Shown here: positions 63,933-64,000 of the stretch, in pieces
Layout of the letters: every line of letters starts with the position of its first letter
Position numbering within the stretch: position 1 is the first letter of the stretch
Assembly (NCBI RefSeq): GCF_001194135.2
Contig: NC_069003.1
Span: forward strand, 36,497,355-36,561,354
Length of the DNA stretch: 64,000 nt
From: Octopus bimaculoides
Lineage: Eukaryota
Reading direction: 5' to 3'
Translations under genes and position numbers: made by a program
Notes under the pieces: generated by a model
What the model saw: the letters and a program-made list of their open reading frames with translations, nothing else
What the model was told of the DNA's origin: nothing
Databases searched by the model: none

Positions 63933-64000
<68 letters not shown>

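Overview
AT-rich eukaryotic genomic DNA with several N-gaps. It is most likely an octopod cephalopod (Octopus-like); this is inferred from the SINE families, RTE LINE remnants and dense (TA)/(CA)/(TG) microsatellites. Three spliced protein-coding genes lie on the minus strand, reconstructed by hand from GT-AG boundaries and exon phases. (1) The 5' part of an inter-alpha-trypsin inhibitor heavy-chain-like gene (VIT + vWA), which runs off the left edge. (2) A complete fukutin (FKTN) gene of about 428 aa at 16039-20675. (3) A roughly 586-aa RS/RGG-rich BCLAF1/THRAP3-family-like gene at 25475-43155. The rest is intron or intergenic DNA with SINEs, LINE fragments, hAT/mariner remnants and MITEs; I could not support any gene right of about 44 kb. 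Most entries in the supplied ORF track are artefacts of N-gaps or microsatellites. The most notable observations are: a 428-bp intronic Penelope-type inverted-repeat insertion with a 12-bp TSD and a minimal hammerhead-like motif on each strand; a predicted FKTN leader whose uORF stop overlaps the FKTN start (AUGA); several frame-breaking alternative splice signals in the BCLAF1/THRAP3-like gene; and a 462-bp foldback element.
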